Shown: positions 1-9,808, numbered from the stretch's first letter. The stretch: DNA of 64,000 bases from an uncultured archaeon (GCA_000965745.1 CP009479.1:1632001-1696000), one strand, 5' to 3'. A program made the numbers and translations. Notes: generated by a model not told the origin, from the sequence alone.

Positions 1-300
1 GCTGGTATGATCGGTGGCCTGGGATTTGCCCCAAGTGGAAGCTATGGACTGGGGAAAGTGGCACTTTTTGAGCCTGTACATGGAAGCGCTCCCGATATCG
101 CGGGAAGAGGCATAGCCAACCCCATTGGCGCCATACTGTCAGGGGCCATGATGCTGGACCATCTTGGTATGAAGGAGAAGGGCCAGGCCCTGGAGGAGGC
201 AGTCGGATTAGCTGTGCAGGACGGAGTAATGACCCATGACATAGGTGGAAGTGACGGCACGAAGAGAGTGGTTGCATCGGTCGTGAAACATCTTCCATAA
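1..300 (+). CDS. Isocitrate/isopropylmalate dehydrogenase family protein, 3' part (begins before the window)
   Basis: GGLGFAPS and LFEPVHGSAPDIAGRGIANPIGAILSGAMML are the conserved C-terminal motifs of beta-decarboxylating dehydrogenases. Confidence 0.9.
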   Translation, partial: AGMIGGLGFAPSGSYGLGKVALFEPVHGSAPDIAGRGIANPIGAILSGAMMLDHLGMKEKGQALEEAVGLAVQDGVMTHDIGGSDGTKRVVASVVKHLP

Positions 301-348
301 TTGGTGCTCCATCATAATCTTTTAATATACAAATATTGTAAACAAAAG

Positions 349-1044
349 ATGGAACAAGACCGCATCGGGACTGTGCCTGTTTCGCAGAGAGACATCGGCA
401 TGGGAGTCATGATTCTGGGCATCAGCTATTCGATTGATTTCCTCTCATCACTGGGATGGGTCAGCCTAATTCTGGGCCTGGTCTCAATAATAATACTATT
501 GTACAGAAGGCATTCTATGAGCGTTGCGCAGGGAAGGCTACTCTATGCAAGCATCATAATTTTCATACTCTCCCTGATAGTTTTTGTTGTTGTTTTTGTG
601 GCGGAGGTCTTTGGCATCGCCAGCACGCTTATATCTCAGGGTTTCAACGGTGGGCCTATCCCTGAATGGGCATAAAAGGAGACAGTGAACTTTTCACTGA
701 TATCTGGTTCAATCCTTGCGGTCCTATCCGGTTTCTGTTATTTCTTGATACCTTTTCCAATGGCAAACCGCAACCTCAATACTTACTTGATTGGTGCTTT
801 CCTGGGATCCGTAGCGTTGAAAGTTTTTGAGGTATTTCTTCTGGCAGGAAGCCTTGTCAGCCTGAACTCGATGGATTTGAACAATGCCCTGACGGTTGTC
901 AGGGCAGACCCGTTTCAGATGCCATATATCGCAATATCAGCCGCCTCGTCTCTCTTGCTGGGCATATTGATCATCTTTATTGGGCTGGCATTGAGGAAAG
1001 GAAAGTTAATGACAATTCCACAAAAGGAGGAAGAAAAGTTCTAG
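349..1044 (+). pseudogene. Multi-pass membrane protein, apparently split by an in-frame TAA at 673-675 (could instead be two small genes)
   Basis: ORFs 301..675 and 685..1044 share a frame and are joined by TAA AAG GAG ACA; both halves are hydrophobic; ATG at 349 follows a TTTAATA box. Confidence 0.5.
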
Positions 1045-1046
1045 AT

Positions 1047-2195
1047 TCACTTGGTCTTCCACTTCCTTAATCTTGGCTCATAAGTTTCAAAGATAAAGGA
1101 AAGGCATTTCCCATAATTCCAGTCGTGATGGTCCAGAGACATGGTAAGAGGTTCAGCAATGATCTTTGTTCTCACCGAATACTTCATCACTCCTTCGGTG
1201 TGGTATTTGATCACCTGGATATTCAGTTTTCCATGGCTGATGCCGGTTATCTTGGAGAATCTAACTATGAACTTGCTGGCCATAGCGTAGGTGATCTCGT
1301 ACAGATCCTGGTCATCGGGATCAAGCCCGGTAACCTGTATCAGCAATCCTTCTTTTTCCTCCCCGGTGTCAAGCGAATCTATTATGTCAGAAATTCCGAC
1401 AATGCCCTCTATCTGAAGGTCGTCATTCACAACCGGTACAATGTGAAGTCTTTGTGCCATGATTATCTCGGCGGTTTTAGTGATTGGCTCATGTCCGAAA
1501 ACCCAGCGTGGATTGTCCATCAGTGAGGAGCATTTTATATCTACCTTGCTCTTGTCACCACCTCTGTCACCGGCAACGTCGACCATTGAACCTCCTACAT
1601 TTCCAAACGCCATATGACCTCCCCTTATGCCCTGCTTCTCTCTTCTGAAGGTGTCGGCAGCCACTTCGTCAAGTCTCAATATGCCAACAAGTTTGTTATC
1701 ACTGTCCACAATCGGTATCTCAGTTTCATCAAGTCCGCGCATTTTATCTGCGGCAGACTGTATATTGTCGTCGCCCAGTGCAGTTAGGGGAGCGCTGGAC
1801 ATGATCTGCCTGTTTCTGATGTTTTTAGCCTCTTCAAATTCGTCAAGGTGCTGGATTATGTCCGACCTCGAAATTATGCCGACAATCCTGCTCTTGTCAA
1901 GAACCGGGAAGGCTGAGAGGCCAGTGTGAACGATGAGCCTGATGACTTCCCTGATGTCATCTTCAGGGGAAAGTTTCGGCGTGTTGATCAGGAAGGTGTC
2001 CACGCGGGCTGAAAGCTGCATGCTCCTCTTTCTCAAAATTTCCCTATAGTTCAGCATTCCAACATATTTCTTGCCTGAAACTGCCGGAATCTGGTGGATA
2101 TCGGTTGATCTCATCTTCGACATGGCATCCGATATCGTGGAAAGTTCCACATCTATGACCTCCGGGTTTCCTGTCATAATGTCCTTTACAAGCAT
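1047..2195 (-). CDS. Four-CBS-domain protein with a C-terminal HPF/RaiA-like domain (probable HibA-type ribosome hibernation factor)
   Basis: Two CBS pairs (VKDIMT..., IVGIISRSDII, LVGILRLDEV, IEGIVGISDII) followed by about 100 aa with a beta-alpha-beta-beta-beta-alpha pattern (LIQVTGL...KYSVRTKII...DWNYGKCLSFIFETYEPRLRK). Confidence 0.75.
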   Translation of the reverse strand: MLVKDIMTGNPEVIDVELSTISDAMSKMRSTDIHQIPAVSGKKYVGMLNYREILRKRSMQLSARVDTFLINTPKLSPEDDIREVIRLIVHTGLSAFPVLDKSRIVGIISRSDIIQHLDEFEEAKNIRNRQIMSSAPLTALGDDNIQSAADKMRGLDETEIPIVDSDNKLVGILRLDEVAADTFRREKQGIRGGHMAFGNVGGSMVDVAGDRGGDKSKVDIKCSSLMDNPRWVFGHEPITKTAEIIMAQRLHIVPVVNDDLQIEGIVGISDIIDSLDTGEEKEGLLIQVTGLDPDDQDLYEITYAMASKFIVRFSKITGISHGKLNIQVIKYHTEGVMKYSVRTKIIAEPLTMSLDHHDWNYGKCLSFIFETYEPRLRKWKTK

Positions 2196-2483
2196 TTACG
2201 ATCTCCATTTGAATTATGGGCTCCAGGCATAAAACCGGATACCCTCTCTGTTAACGTGCGTTAATTCCACGCTGCGACTCTTTGAGTGGATGGGGGCTCA
2301 GAAGCTGCCAGGGGCTTTTAAGAATTCAAAATTTTTATTCAATCACTGAATCCCGGTTTGAAACAGTCTTCAAGTATGGCAATGGCTGAATTCACCATGC
2401 AGTCACAAGGAAGCCCCATGGATCATGGCGGCGTAGTTGAATGAACCCAGTCCCGAGACTCCACATCTGCGGAAGTATCTGAA

Positions 2484-3698
2484 ATGCAAACAGGAGAGGC
2501 CGAAAGCACATTAATTGATAGAACAATTGAGAGGAGGTTCAATTTTCTCCTTATTTCAAGGGCTGCAAGAAGCATAGGCATTGTTTACGTCACACTATCC
2601 CTTCCGCTCTACCTGCTGTACCTGGGAATACCAGTATCAATAATCGGGACACTGCTCCTGCTCATGGTACTTTTTTCCGTTGCAATCTCACTGTTATCCG
2701 GCATGCTAGGAGACAGGATTGGATACCGGTATTCACTCTTGATCGGGGAAGTTCCAATGCTTATTGCCACTTTCATCCTTTTTCATTACAATACCATCAT
2801 ACCAATCGAGATTGCAACAGTAATAGGAGGGATTGGGGGGACTCCCGGAGGCCTCAGGGGTGTCTTTGCACCTGGCCTGAATGCACTGATAGCCAGAAAC
2901 TGGCCGGAATCAGGCGAAAGGGTCAAGAAAATGGGAAGGGTGATGGCGGTGGGGGCTTTTTCCGCCTTTGGTGGAGCAGTCCTTCTGTATTCACACGGCT
3001 ACCTTGTTTCCATCATGGGTGCGGCCGAAGCTTTCAGGATGCTCTATCTTTCGTCATTTCTTCTCGGGCTCCTGTCCTTTGCCTCATTGGTATTCATTAA
3101 GGAAAGGAAGGCGGCTAAGAAGAAACATGGCATAATCGACAGGAAGAGCGGGAAGTACACCTTGAAAGTGATTCTCTCAAATATTGTCAACGGTTCTGGA
3201 GTCGGATTCTCGATTGCACTTCTTCCAGCATGGATTGAGTTGAGGTTTGGCGTTCCCCCCTCCACAGTAGGACTGATGTTTACTTTCTCCTACGTTGCCA
3301 CCGCGGTGTCTTCCCTGATGGCTACAAGACGAATCGATATCCTGAGGTCTCCGGTCTGGACAGCATCGCTTTCAAGGATTATGCAGGGCGTTGTAATGAT
3401 GGCTGTTGCCTTCTCACCATCGCTGCTGATCGTTGCATCGCTGTACATCGCGAGGTCAGCCGCAGCAGGTTTCGGAGCTCCCATAAGAACAGCCATAAAT
3501 GTGAAGGGGGTGAGTGACAGCAATTTCGGGATAGCATCCAGTGCGCAGGGAATGGCGGTCAGAAGCTCCACAGGCACTTCAGCAATATCCGGGTACCTGA
3601 TGGAATACTCCCTGCCAATTCCAATGGAGATCGGCGGTGTGCTGCAGCTTCTGGGAGGATTGGTGTACTATCGGCTCATGCGGCGTGACAACCGCTGA
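2484..3698 (+). CDS. MFS transporter
   Basis: About 12 hydrophobic segments; motif A GMLGDRIGYR. Confidence 0.9.
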   Translation: MQTGEAESTLIDRTIERRFNFLLISRAARSIGIVYVTLSLPLYLLYLGIPVSIIGTLLLLMVLFSVAISLLSGMLGDRIGYRYSLLIGEVPMLIATFILFHYNTIIPIEIATVIGGIGGTPGGLRGVFAPGLNALIARNWPESGERVKKMGRVMAVGAFSAFGGAVLLYSHGYLVSIMGAAEAFRMLYLSSFLLGLLSFASLVFIKERKAAKKKHGIIDRKSGKYTLKVILSNIVNGSGVGFSIALLPAWIELRFGVPPSTVGLMFTFSYVATAVSSLMATRRIDILRSPVWTASLSRIMQGVVMMAVAFSPSLLIVASLYIARSAAAGFGAPIRTAINVKGVSDSNFGIASSAQGMAVRSSTGTSAISGYLMEYSLPIPMEIGGVLQLLGGLVYYRLMRRDNR

Positions 3699-3790
3699 GT
3701 CCAACACAGGATGTTGAAGGACTCCCGTCATCTTCCCCATGAGAAATTGTATTTATCATTTGCCGTGATTTGTTAACTGGTGTTGGTAAC

Positions 3791-5014
3791 ATGAATGATT
3801 TTGAATCTGCCAGAGATGAGTTTAAGGCGCTGAAGAACATGGTTTATCTCAACTGGGCTGGCCTCGGGCCGCTCCCTTCAAGCGCAAAAATAGCAGTAGA
3901 AGAGCTTCTAAAAAATATTTATGAATGGGACAACCAGTATGTATCAGAAGCCATATCTAGTCTTCAAGACGGAGCAAAAGGGCAGATTGCAAAACTTCTG
4001 AACACCTCGCCGGATCAGATAGCCATTACAGGCACCAATACAACACAGGGAATACAGACAGCATTTGAGGCAATAAGGCCTAAGAGCGGGGAATCAATTG
4101 TAACAAGCGATATGCAGTACGTGCTGACTGAGGCTGAGCTTCAGAAATGGCGCGACAGGGGAGTGGACATAAAGGTAGTGAAGAACAGGGACGGAGTTTA
4201 CGACCTCAATGATTTTCAGAGGGCAGTTGACAAAACTACAAGAGCAGTTTTCGTTGACTCGGTAACATGGATCAACGGGTACAAATTTGACGTTCCTGAA
4301 CTTTCAAAAATCGCCCATGAAAATAATGCATTCATGATAACGGACTCTATACAGCATCTTGGCCAAGCCAAAATGGACGTTGAGAAATCCGGGGCCGACC
4401 TGGTTGCCGGAAGTGCCCAGAAGTGGCTTTCAGACTGGCTAGGTTTGGGATTCCTGTACGTCAGGAGGAAAGTGATTGAAGAACTGGAACGCCCATATTA
4501 CGGATACAAGAACACCGAAGAGCCCGATGGAGGCTGGCACACTTATTTCACTCTTACAGACAGGGAGCAGTTCCCGGAATTCAAGTTTTACAGCAGCGAC
4601 GCAAGGAAATTTGAATACGGCGGCAGCCTGTACAATATGCCAGGGCTAACGGCTCTGGAAAAGACCCTGAAGCTCATAAACGGCATCGGGATGGATAGAG
4701 TACAGAGGAGAGTGCTTGAGCTAAAACATGAACTGCTGGAAGGCCTTGAGGCCCTGGACTTTGAGGTTCTGGAGCCATACGAGGAAAAACACCAGTCCGG
4801 AATAACTACCTTCAGGATGGGAGTCGGGCGCAAGAAAGAGATGGAAGTTGTTGAAAAGCTCAACAGCACCGGTTATGCCATTTCGTACAGGGCCGGCGGC
4901 GGCCTCTATGGTATCAGGGTATCCACCCACTACGTGAACAACTCGGATGATATACAAAGCTTGCTTGGGGCACTAAAATCCCTCAGGGCAAAGGCGGGTG
5001 TGAAAAGGAATTAG
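3791..5014 (+). CDS. Class V PLP-dependent aminotransferase (cysteine desulfurase/lyase-like)
   Basis: VYLNWAGLGP, DSIQHLG, GSAQKWL (PLP lysine), IRVSTHYVN; ATG at 3791 preferred over TTG at 3770. Confidence 0.85.
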   Translation: MNDFESARDEFKALKNMVYLNWAGLGPLPSSAKIAVEELLKNIYEWDNQYVSEAISSLQDGAKGQIAKLLNTSPDQIAITGTNTTQGIQTAFEAIRPKSGESIVTSDMQYVLTEAELQKWRDRGVDIKVVKNRDGVYDLNDFQRAVDKTTRAVFVDSVTWINGYKFDVPELSKIAHENNAFMITDSIQHLGQAKMDVEKSGADLVAGSAQKWLSDWLGLGFLYVRRKVIEELERPYYGYKNTEEPDGGWHTYFTLTDREQFPEFKFYSSDARKFEYGGSLYNMPGLTALEKTLKLINGIGMDRVQRRVLELKHELLEGLEALDFEVLEPYEEKHQSGITTFRMGVGRKKEMEVVEKLNSTGYAISYRAGGGLYGIRVSTHYVNNSDDIQSLLGALKSLRAKAGVKRN

Positions 5015-5110
5015 TCACCGAAAAGAGAACTTCATGCCCTTTCTTATTTTTCAAAATCCTACTTTTTTGCACCATAATATTATTATTACTGAACACTGTA
5101 ATATGATCCC

Positions 5111-5974
5111 ATGTCCACTGGAAGATGCGAATTCTGCCTAGAAATCAGGAATTGCCCTGTATGCAATGAGCCGGTTGAAAATTTTAGCCATGTGGGAGTC
5201 AGAGGGTCAGGCCTCACAAAATCTACGATATGGCATATAGCACATCCCTGCGGTCACCGCGTCGAAATATCCCCGGAAAAGATATCGGGCACACCCGGGG
5301 GAGCCAAGCTCGCAAAATACAAAGGCGGTCCGGTGTGGAAGGATGGGTACCAGTGGATTAATGTGTTTTGGGGGAGCTACTGGGTGGGAAACTCATGGGT
5401 TGGCAGGCTGAACAAGGCAGTTGAAGACATTGAAAGTAATTCTTCATACTCCGGCGAGCTCAGCCAGTACAATGTCGGTGCTGGAAGCCTTGAGGGGCAT
5501 GCTCTGATTACTACTGATCCGCCATCCTCAGTGTCTGAGAAAGACATAGGCAATGCCATAAATTCATGGATCCAGGATTCCCTTGTCAAGAACATAGGCA
5601 CAAAAGGGGCCTACAACATCTTTCTTCCCGCCGGTGTCACGGCAACTTTAGGGTCGGACAGGTCCTGCGCTAAGTTCTGCGATTACCACGATACTGCAAA
5701 TGGGGACCAGGGGCCGTTCTTCACATGTGAACCCTTTCCTTGCGGGTCGGGATGCAACCAGTGCAACAGCAGTGAATTTGACACTTTGACACAGGGGCTT
5801 TCCGAAGAAATGGTTGAGCTTAAGACAGACATGAATCCAGGAACCGGGTGGGTTATCGGGAATGAGGAGATATGTGATTACTGTGACACTAATTTTGTCT
5901 GCAACAGGATTTCAACTGGAGAATATATCAATGCCTGGTACAGTGATGCAAAAGGTGCCTGCTGGAAACCCTGA
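5111..5974 (+). CDS. Cys-rich protein with an N-terminal zinc ribbon and a PHI-1/EXORDIUM-like domain
   Basis: CEFC, CPVC, HPCGH at the N-terminus; YKGGPV, FCDYH and SEEMVELKTD..PGTGW....EICDYC resemble the PHI-1-like pattern. Confidence 0.55.
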   Translation: MSTGRCEFCLEIRNCPVCNEPVENFSHVGVRGSGLTKSTIWHIAHPCGHRVEISPEKISGTPGGAKLAKYKGGPVWKDGYQWINVFWGSYWVGNSWVGRLNKAVEDIESNSSYSGELSQYNVGAGSLEGHALITTDPPSSVSEKDIGNAINSWIQDSLVKNIGTKGAYNIFLPAGVTATLGSDRSCAKFCDYHDTANGDQGPFFTCEPFPCGSGCNQCNSSEFDTLTQGLSEEMVELKTDMNPGTGWVIGNEEICDYCDTNFVCNRISTGEYINAWYSDAKGACWKP

Positions 5975-5986
5975 CCCTTTTTTTAA

Positions 5987-6257
5987 CAAAATTGAGCGGA
6001 AAATCCCCTTCCGAAAGGGAGGGGATGAAAGCGAAATCTTTTCCTACTTTCCAGAAATAACACGCGGCTCACCAGCAGACAGAATGGAAGAAGGGTCGGA
6101 TAACGTGTAGCTCCATGCGTTCCTGTGTCCGTAAAGTCGAATGGATTAGTGTGGAGGGCAAAGTACCCCCGGGCCGGAGGGAATTCATGCCTGCGGAGGT
6201 TCCGCTGGTAACCGTCGAAGCAGGAAGCCCCTTTCGAAGGATAGGGGAGGAGGTCAC
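5987..6257 (+). mobile_element. Non-autonomous IS200/IS605 derivative (PATE/MITE) retaining the tnpB 3' end and omega-RNA region, copy 1
   Basis: Follows TTAA (5983-5986); left hairpin ATCCCCTTCC-GAAA-GGGAGGGGAT (6003-6026); right end GAAG-CCCC...GGGG...TCAC; about 97% identical to 36531-36800; tail translates KVPPGRREFMPAE, like TnpB C-termini. Confidence 0.85.
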
Positions 6258-6333
6258 TGACAATGAATTTGCCGATCAAGATTTATCGGGATACGATATG
6301 AGGTAAGGGGCCCTCGCATAGGGAGAGGTTATA

Positions 6334-7641
6334 ATGAGCCACGCACGAATTCCAGTCAACATGGAAGAGCAGAGAAAAATTGCACTTATGTTTATTGCCA
6401 CGGGGTCGATATTCACTGGCATAGCGAGCGTTCTCGGGATGCTTTTGATCATAAGCAGCTCCCTTAAAATTAATCTCATAAGCGCTGAACTGTTCTCGGT
6501 GCACCCCCTCCTCCAGATTTTCGGTTTTCTTACTGAGTTTGTGCTTGGTGTCGCATATTCCCTGATTCCTTCGTTCAAGTCCCACGGTCTTCCATCTTAC
6601 CCCTTGGCCTACTTATCCTATGGCATGATAACTGTTGCAAATGGCGGCTACATTTTTTCAATGTGGGTATCCATGCCCTCCGGCCTGTCAGAAGAATTAC
6701 TTTCAATATTTCTCCTGCTGGAATTGGCTGCTGCCGCAATATTTCTCTGGCAAATCGGGTATGTCATAAGGAAAGGTAGGAAAACAAAGCTCGAAGGTGA
6801 CGCGTATCTCTTCATTTCCCCTCTTTCACTTCTTCTCTCACTGTCTGCGGTAATATACAGCATTTTGAGAGGACTCGATCCGTTCAGCATGGGGGTGGTG
6901 TATCTTGCCCTTATAGGTTTTGCAGGCTCAATGATATTCGGTGTTTCATTGAAGACCGTCGCCGTAAGGTTCACCACCAACATGGCAGGAACCTACAGAT
7001 ACGGAGTTTATGCCCAGTCTGCAGCGGTAGTTTCTGCCTTTCTGTCAGTATACTTCCAATCGTTCATCGCTTCGGTGGTGACTTCGGTCCTCTTCATGAC
7101 TTCAGCGTCACTATTTGTTCTGACTGCAAGGACATTTTCACAGTCGCGCCTCCTTGTACCTGACCGGGACAGGCTTCTTGCACACAGGGGTTCAACCAGA
7201 GGGCATGGAAATCTTCTGTTCCTTGAAGCCAGTTTCATGGTCGCCTCAGCCTGGCTGATTTCTGGAGTCTTCTTCGGCCTTCTGTATTCCTTCTCTTTAG
7301 ATTACTGGGTAAGAATAGCGTTCATCCATTCCTTCAGCATAGGCTTCATCGGATCGACAATAATCGGCATTGCCCCAGTACTGCTTCCGGGCATACTCAG
7401 CAGGAATGTTCCTTCGGGGAAAAACAGCCTGATGCCTTTGTACCTTCTTAATGCCGGGCTTGTCATATTCATAGCCGGAGACCTAGTGGCTTTGAACAAT
7501 GCTTTCCTGCCATTCTGGGCGGGAACCGGCGGGCCAATAATCATAATCTCTATGCTTTTTTTCATGTATGAAATTCACAGGAGCCTTATTTCAAGAAAGA
7601 GAGAAAACTCAGAAAGAGTGAGCTTTTCGGATGATTGGTAA
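6334..7641 (+). CDS. NnrS-like multi-pass membrane protein
   Basis: About 12 TM segments; HPLLQIFGF and IHSFSIGFIG resemble the NnrS His motifs. Confidence 0.6.
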   Translation: MSHARIPVNMEEQRKIALMFIATGSIFTGIASVLGMLLIISSSLKINLISAELFSVHPLLQIFGFLTEFVLGVAYSLIPSFKSHGLPSYPLAYLSYGMITVANGGYIFSMWVSMPSGLSEELLSIFLLLELAAAAIFLWQIGYVIRKGRKTKLEGDAYLFISPLSLLLSLSAVIYSILRGLDPFSMGVVYLALIGFAGSMIFGVSLKTVAVRFTTNMAGTYRYGVYAQSAAVVSAFLSVYFQSFIASVVTSVLFMTSASLFVLTARTFSQSRLLVPDRDRLLAHRGSTRGHGNLLFLEASFMVASAWLISGVFFGLLYSFSLDYWVRIAFIHSFSIGFIGSTIIGIAPVLLPGILSRNVPSGKNSLMPLYLLNAGLVIFIAGDLVALNNAFLPFWAGTGGPIIIISMLFFMYEIHRSLISRKRENSERVSFSDDW

Positions 7642-7999
7642 TGAAGTTTATGAAAGTTTAACTCATCGTCTTTGTTATCCATGTAAATTATGAAACCCCC
7701 AATCAAGTAATCTGAAATCCAAGATGAAATGGCAAACATTCATAACAGTGAGAGAAGGAGCATGTCTCTTAGTGAAAAGGAGAGACTTGCAGTATCACTG
7801 GTTCTGAAACACTGGGTGCGCCTTAATGAAATAATCAAGGCAAATGGATAAGTGCACTTCTGAAATATTACAAGTACTATCTGCAGTTATCTCAACTATG
7901 AAAGGCTAATCTCCAAGCCCTAGTGTTATGGAACATTAGAGATTCACAAAGACATGTTTTGGGAGAAAGACTAAATATATTCATTGAAATAACAGGCTG

Positions 8000-8209
8000 T
8001 TGAGATACCACGTAATACTAGTAAGAGAAGAGGACGGAACATATTCAGTTCTCGTACCCTCTCTCCCAGGATGTTACTCTCTGGGGGACACAAGAGAGGA
8101 AGCTCTTCAGAACATCAAGGATGCCATAAATTTACACGTCGAAGGGCTTAGGGAAAAGGGCTGGGCTGTTCCTGAAGATGGAGAAGAACTGGTAGAAGTA
8201 GATGCCTAA
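8000..8209 (+). CDS. hicB: HicB-family antitoxin (short form, no DNA-binding domain)
   Basis: YSVLVPSLPGCYSLGDTREEALQNIKDAI is the HicB signature. Confidence 0.92.
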   Translation: MRYHVILVREEDGTYSVLVPSLPGCYSLGDTREEALQNIKDAINLHVEGLREKGWAVPEDGEELVEVDA

Positions 8210-8429
8210 GGCGCCGGTCGTAACTGCTGAAAAGTTAATCAAAGTCCTGGCAAAGAAAGGTTTTGTTTTTGAAAGACAGAAAGGTAGCCATGTGAGGCTG
8301 AGCAGACAGAGTGATAAGAAGCAGGTAACATTACCTGTGCATCCTGGACGCCCTCTTCCAAGACGCGTGCTTGAAAGCATTCTCGATGTTGCTGGAATCT
8401 CTCATGAGGAATTAGTGGAACTTTTGTGA
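8202..8429 (+). CDS. hicA: HicA-family mRNA interferase toxin
   Basis: LAKKGFVFERQKGSH...VTLPVH; overlaps the hicB stop. Confidence 0.92.
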   Translation: MPKAPVVTAEKLIKVLAKKGFVFERQKGSHVRLSRQSDKKQVTLPVHPGRPLPRRVLESILDVAGISHEELVELL

Positions 8430-8436
8430 ATAGAAT

Positions 8437-8862
8437 TCAGTAATCTAACTTTTCATCATTTTTTGCAAACACTGTAGCTAGAAAAATTCCCCTTTGCAAC
8501 AGGTCAACCTTTCCTTTGTTGTATAGTTCTTTACTTCTATTCCGTTCGATACTTCCTTCAATGCTTTCGAACAAGTGCTGTTCATCAACACCCTCAGGAA
8601 CAGGGTAATTTATTCCATTGTTCTTCCTGTATACGGAAGGTCGACTGCCTTTGCGTATCCATAGCGAAATGGTCATTCCAATAACAAAAAATACCGGAGC
8701 AATAATAGGTAGCAATAACTGCACCTTTGAAGTATACATTGTCTGAGTTTCGCCTGGATATAGGACTTTGGGAATTACTGCGGCCAATATAATTCCAAGT
8801 ATAGCAAATCCACCAACAATAGCGAGGTCTATTCTTCTGTTGCCATAGCGGTTAAATTTCAC
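8437..8862 (-). CDS. Hypothetical protein with two TM segments; the IS3 element is inserted at its 5' end
   Basis: Two hydrophobic helices; its GTG start overlaps the IS3 target duplication. Confidence 0.5.
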   Translation of the reverse strand: MKFNRYGNRRIDLAIVGGFAILGIILAAVIPKVLYPGETQTMYTSKVQLLLPIIAPVFFVIGMTISLWIRKGSRPSVYRKNNGINYPVPEGVDEQHLFESIEGSIERNRSKELYNKGKVDLLQRGIFLATVFAKNDEKLDY

Positions 8863-8911
8863 TTTTGGTTTGGTCCCCTAATTGTGGACAGGATTGGCTT
8901 ATGAGTCATGC

Positions 8912-9808
8912 TCATTCTTCTATTAGATTTTCTTTCCATCTTTCATAAACCTCCCTTGGTGCTTTATAGCCTATGGCTGAGTGTAGTCTCTCGTTGTTGT
9001 AGAATGCAATGAACCTATCAATGGTGTCATCAGCATCCTGGAATGAAGAGAACTCGAACCTTCTGATCACTTCCTTCTCAAGGATGGAATTGAAGGATTC
9101 GATGAAACCGTCCTCCTTGGGCGTTGCAGGATGGATCCTCTCATGTTCGATATGGGATGAAGCGAGAAACAGCTCCACTATCCGTGATACGAATTGAGTC
9201 CCATTATCACTGCGGATCCTGACACTGGATATTGCCTCTATTCCCCTGTCCATGAAGGCAAAATCCATTGCCATCTTCACATCTGAAGAGGTGCAGTGGT
9301 ATCCCAGGTACTTTCCGACAACTTCTCTTGTATAACAGTCAATCATTGCAAACAGGTATGCTGTCCGATTCTCTCCCTGTATGTACACATACTTGATGTC
9401 CATCTCCCAGACTTTATTCGGGTTATGAACCCTGACAATGGATTCAACCACCCTCTTTGCAGGGCTGCGGTAGTTGTATGTGTGGTTGAGAAGATGGTTC
9501 TCTTTCATGATGCGGAAGACCTTCTTCCTGTTGATCCTGTAGCCAGTGCGCTGCAAATGTTTGGTGACCTTCCTGTATCCATAGCATACAAATTCCCTTG
9601 ACAGCAACTCAATGATGTCGGCAAGGACCTGATCATCGGGAATCATTATGATATCCTGGCCAACAATGCGTTCAGTCATCGATGAAGGCTTCCTCCCTCT
9701 CTTGAGATGCAATGCAGGCGATGAATGATAGAATGTGCTCCGTGGTATCCTTAGAAGTTCCAGGATTCTGGTCGTTGAGAGCCCACGTCCAGCATACTCA
9801 TTGATCAA
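8912..9808 (-). CDS. IS3 transposase OrfB (DDE domain), reached by a -1 frameshift
   Basis: YGYRKV, WEMDIKYV, IRSDNGTQF, IESFNSILEKE, YNNERLHSAIGYKAP. Confidence 0.95.
   Translation of the reverse strand: MINEYAGRGLSTTRILELLRIPRSTFYHSSPALHLKRGRKPSSMTERIVGQDIIMIPDDQVLADIIELLSREFVCYGYRKVTKHLQRTGYRINRKKVFRIMKENHLLNHTYNYRSPAKRVVESIVRVHNPNKVWEMDIKYVYIQGENRTAYLFAMIDCYTREVVGKYLGYHCTSSDVKMAMDFAFMDRGIEAISSVRIRSDNGTQFVSRIVELFLASSHIEHERIHPATPKEDGFIESFNSILEKEVIRRFEFSSFQDADDTIDRFIAFYNNERLHSAIGYKAPREVYERWKENLIEE

Noticed and set aside
673-675. Selenocysteine or pyrrolysine recoding
   Set aside because: The stop is TAA, and no recoding signals or machinery are visible.
1006-1016. TTAA+TGACAAT matches the TAM plus first 7 nt of the predicted copy-1 guide
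   Set aside because: An 11-nt AT-rich match that does not extend is compatible with chance across both strands and three guides.
2196-2483. ncRNA in the 290-bp divergent intergenic region
   Set aside because: No tRNA, SRP, RNase P or C/D-box features were recognisable; divergent promoters explain it.
7729-7851. 40-aa ORF (MANIHNSERRSMSLSEKERLAV...) upstream of hicB
   Set aside because: Too short and without a motif; it may be a gene fragment but cannot be supported.
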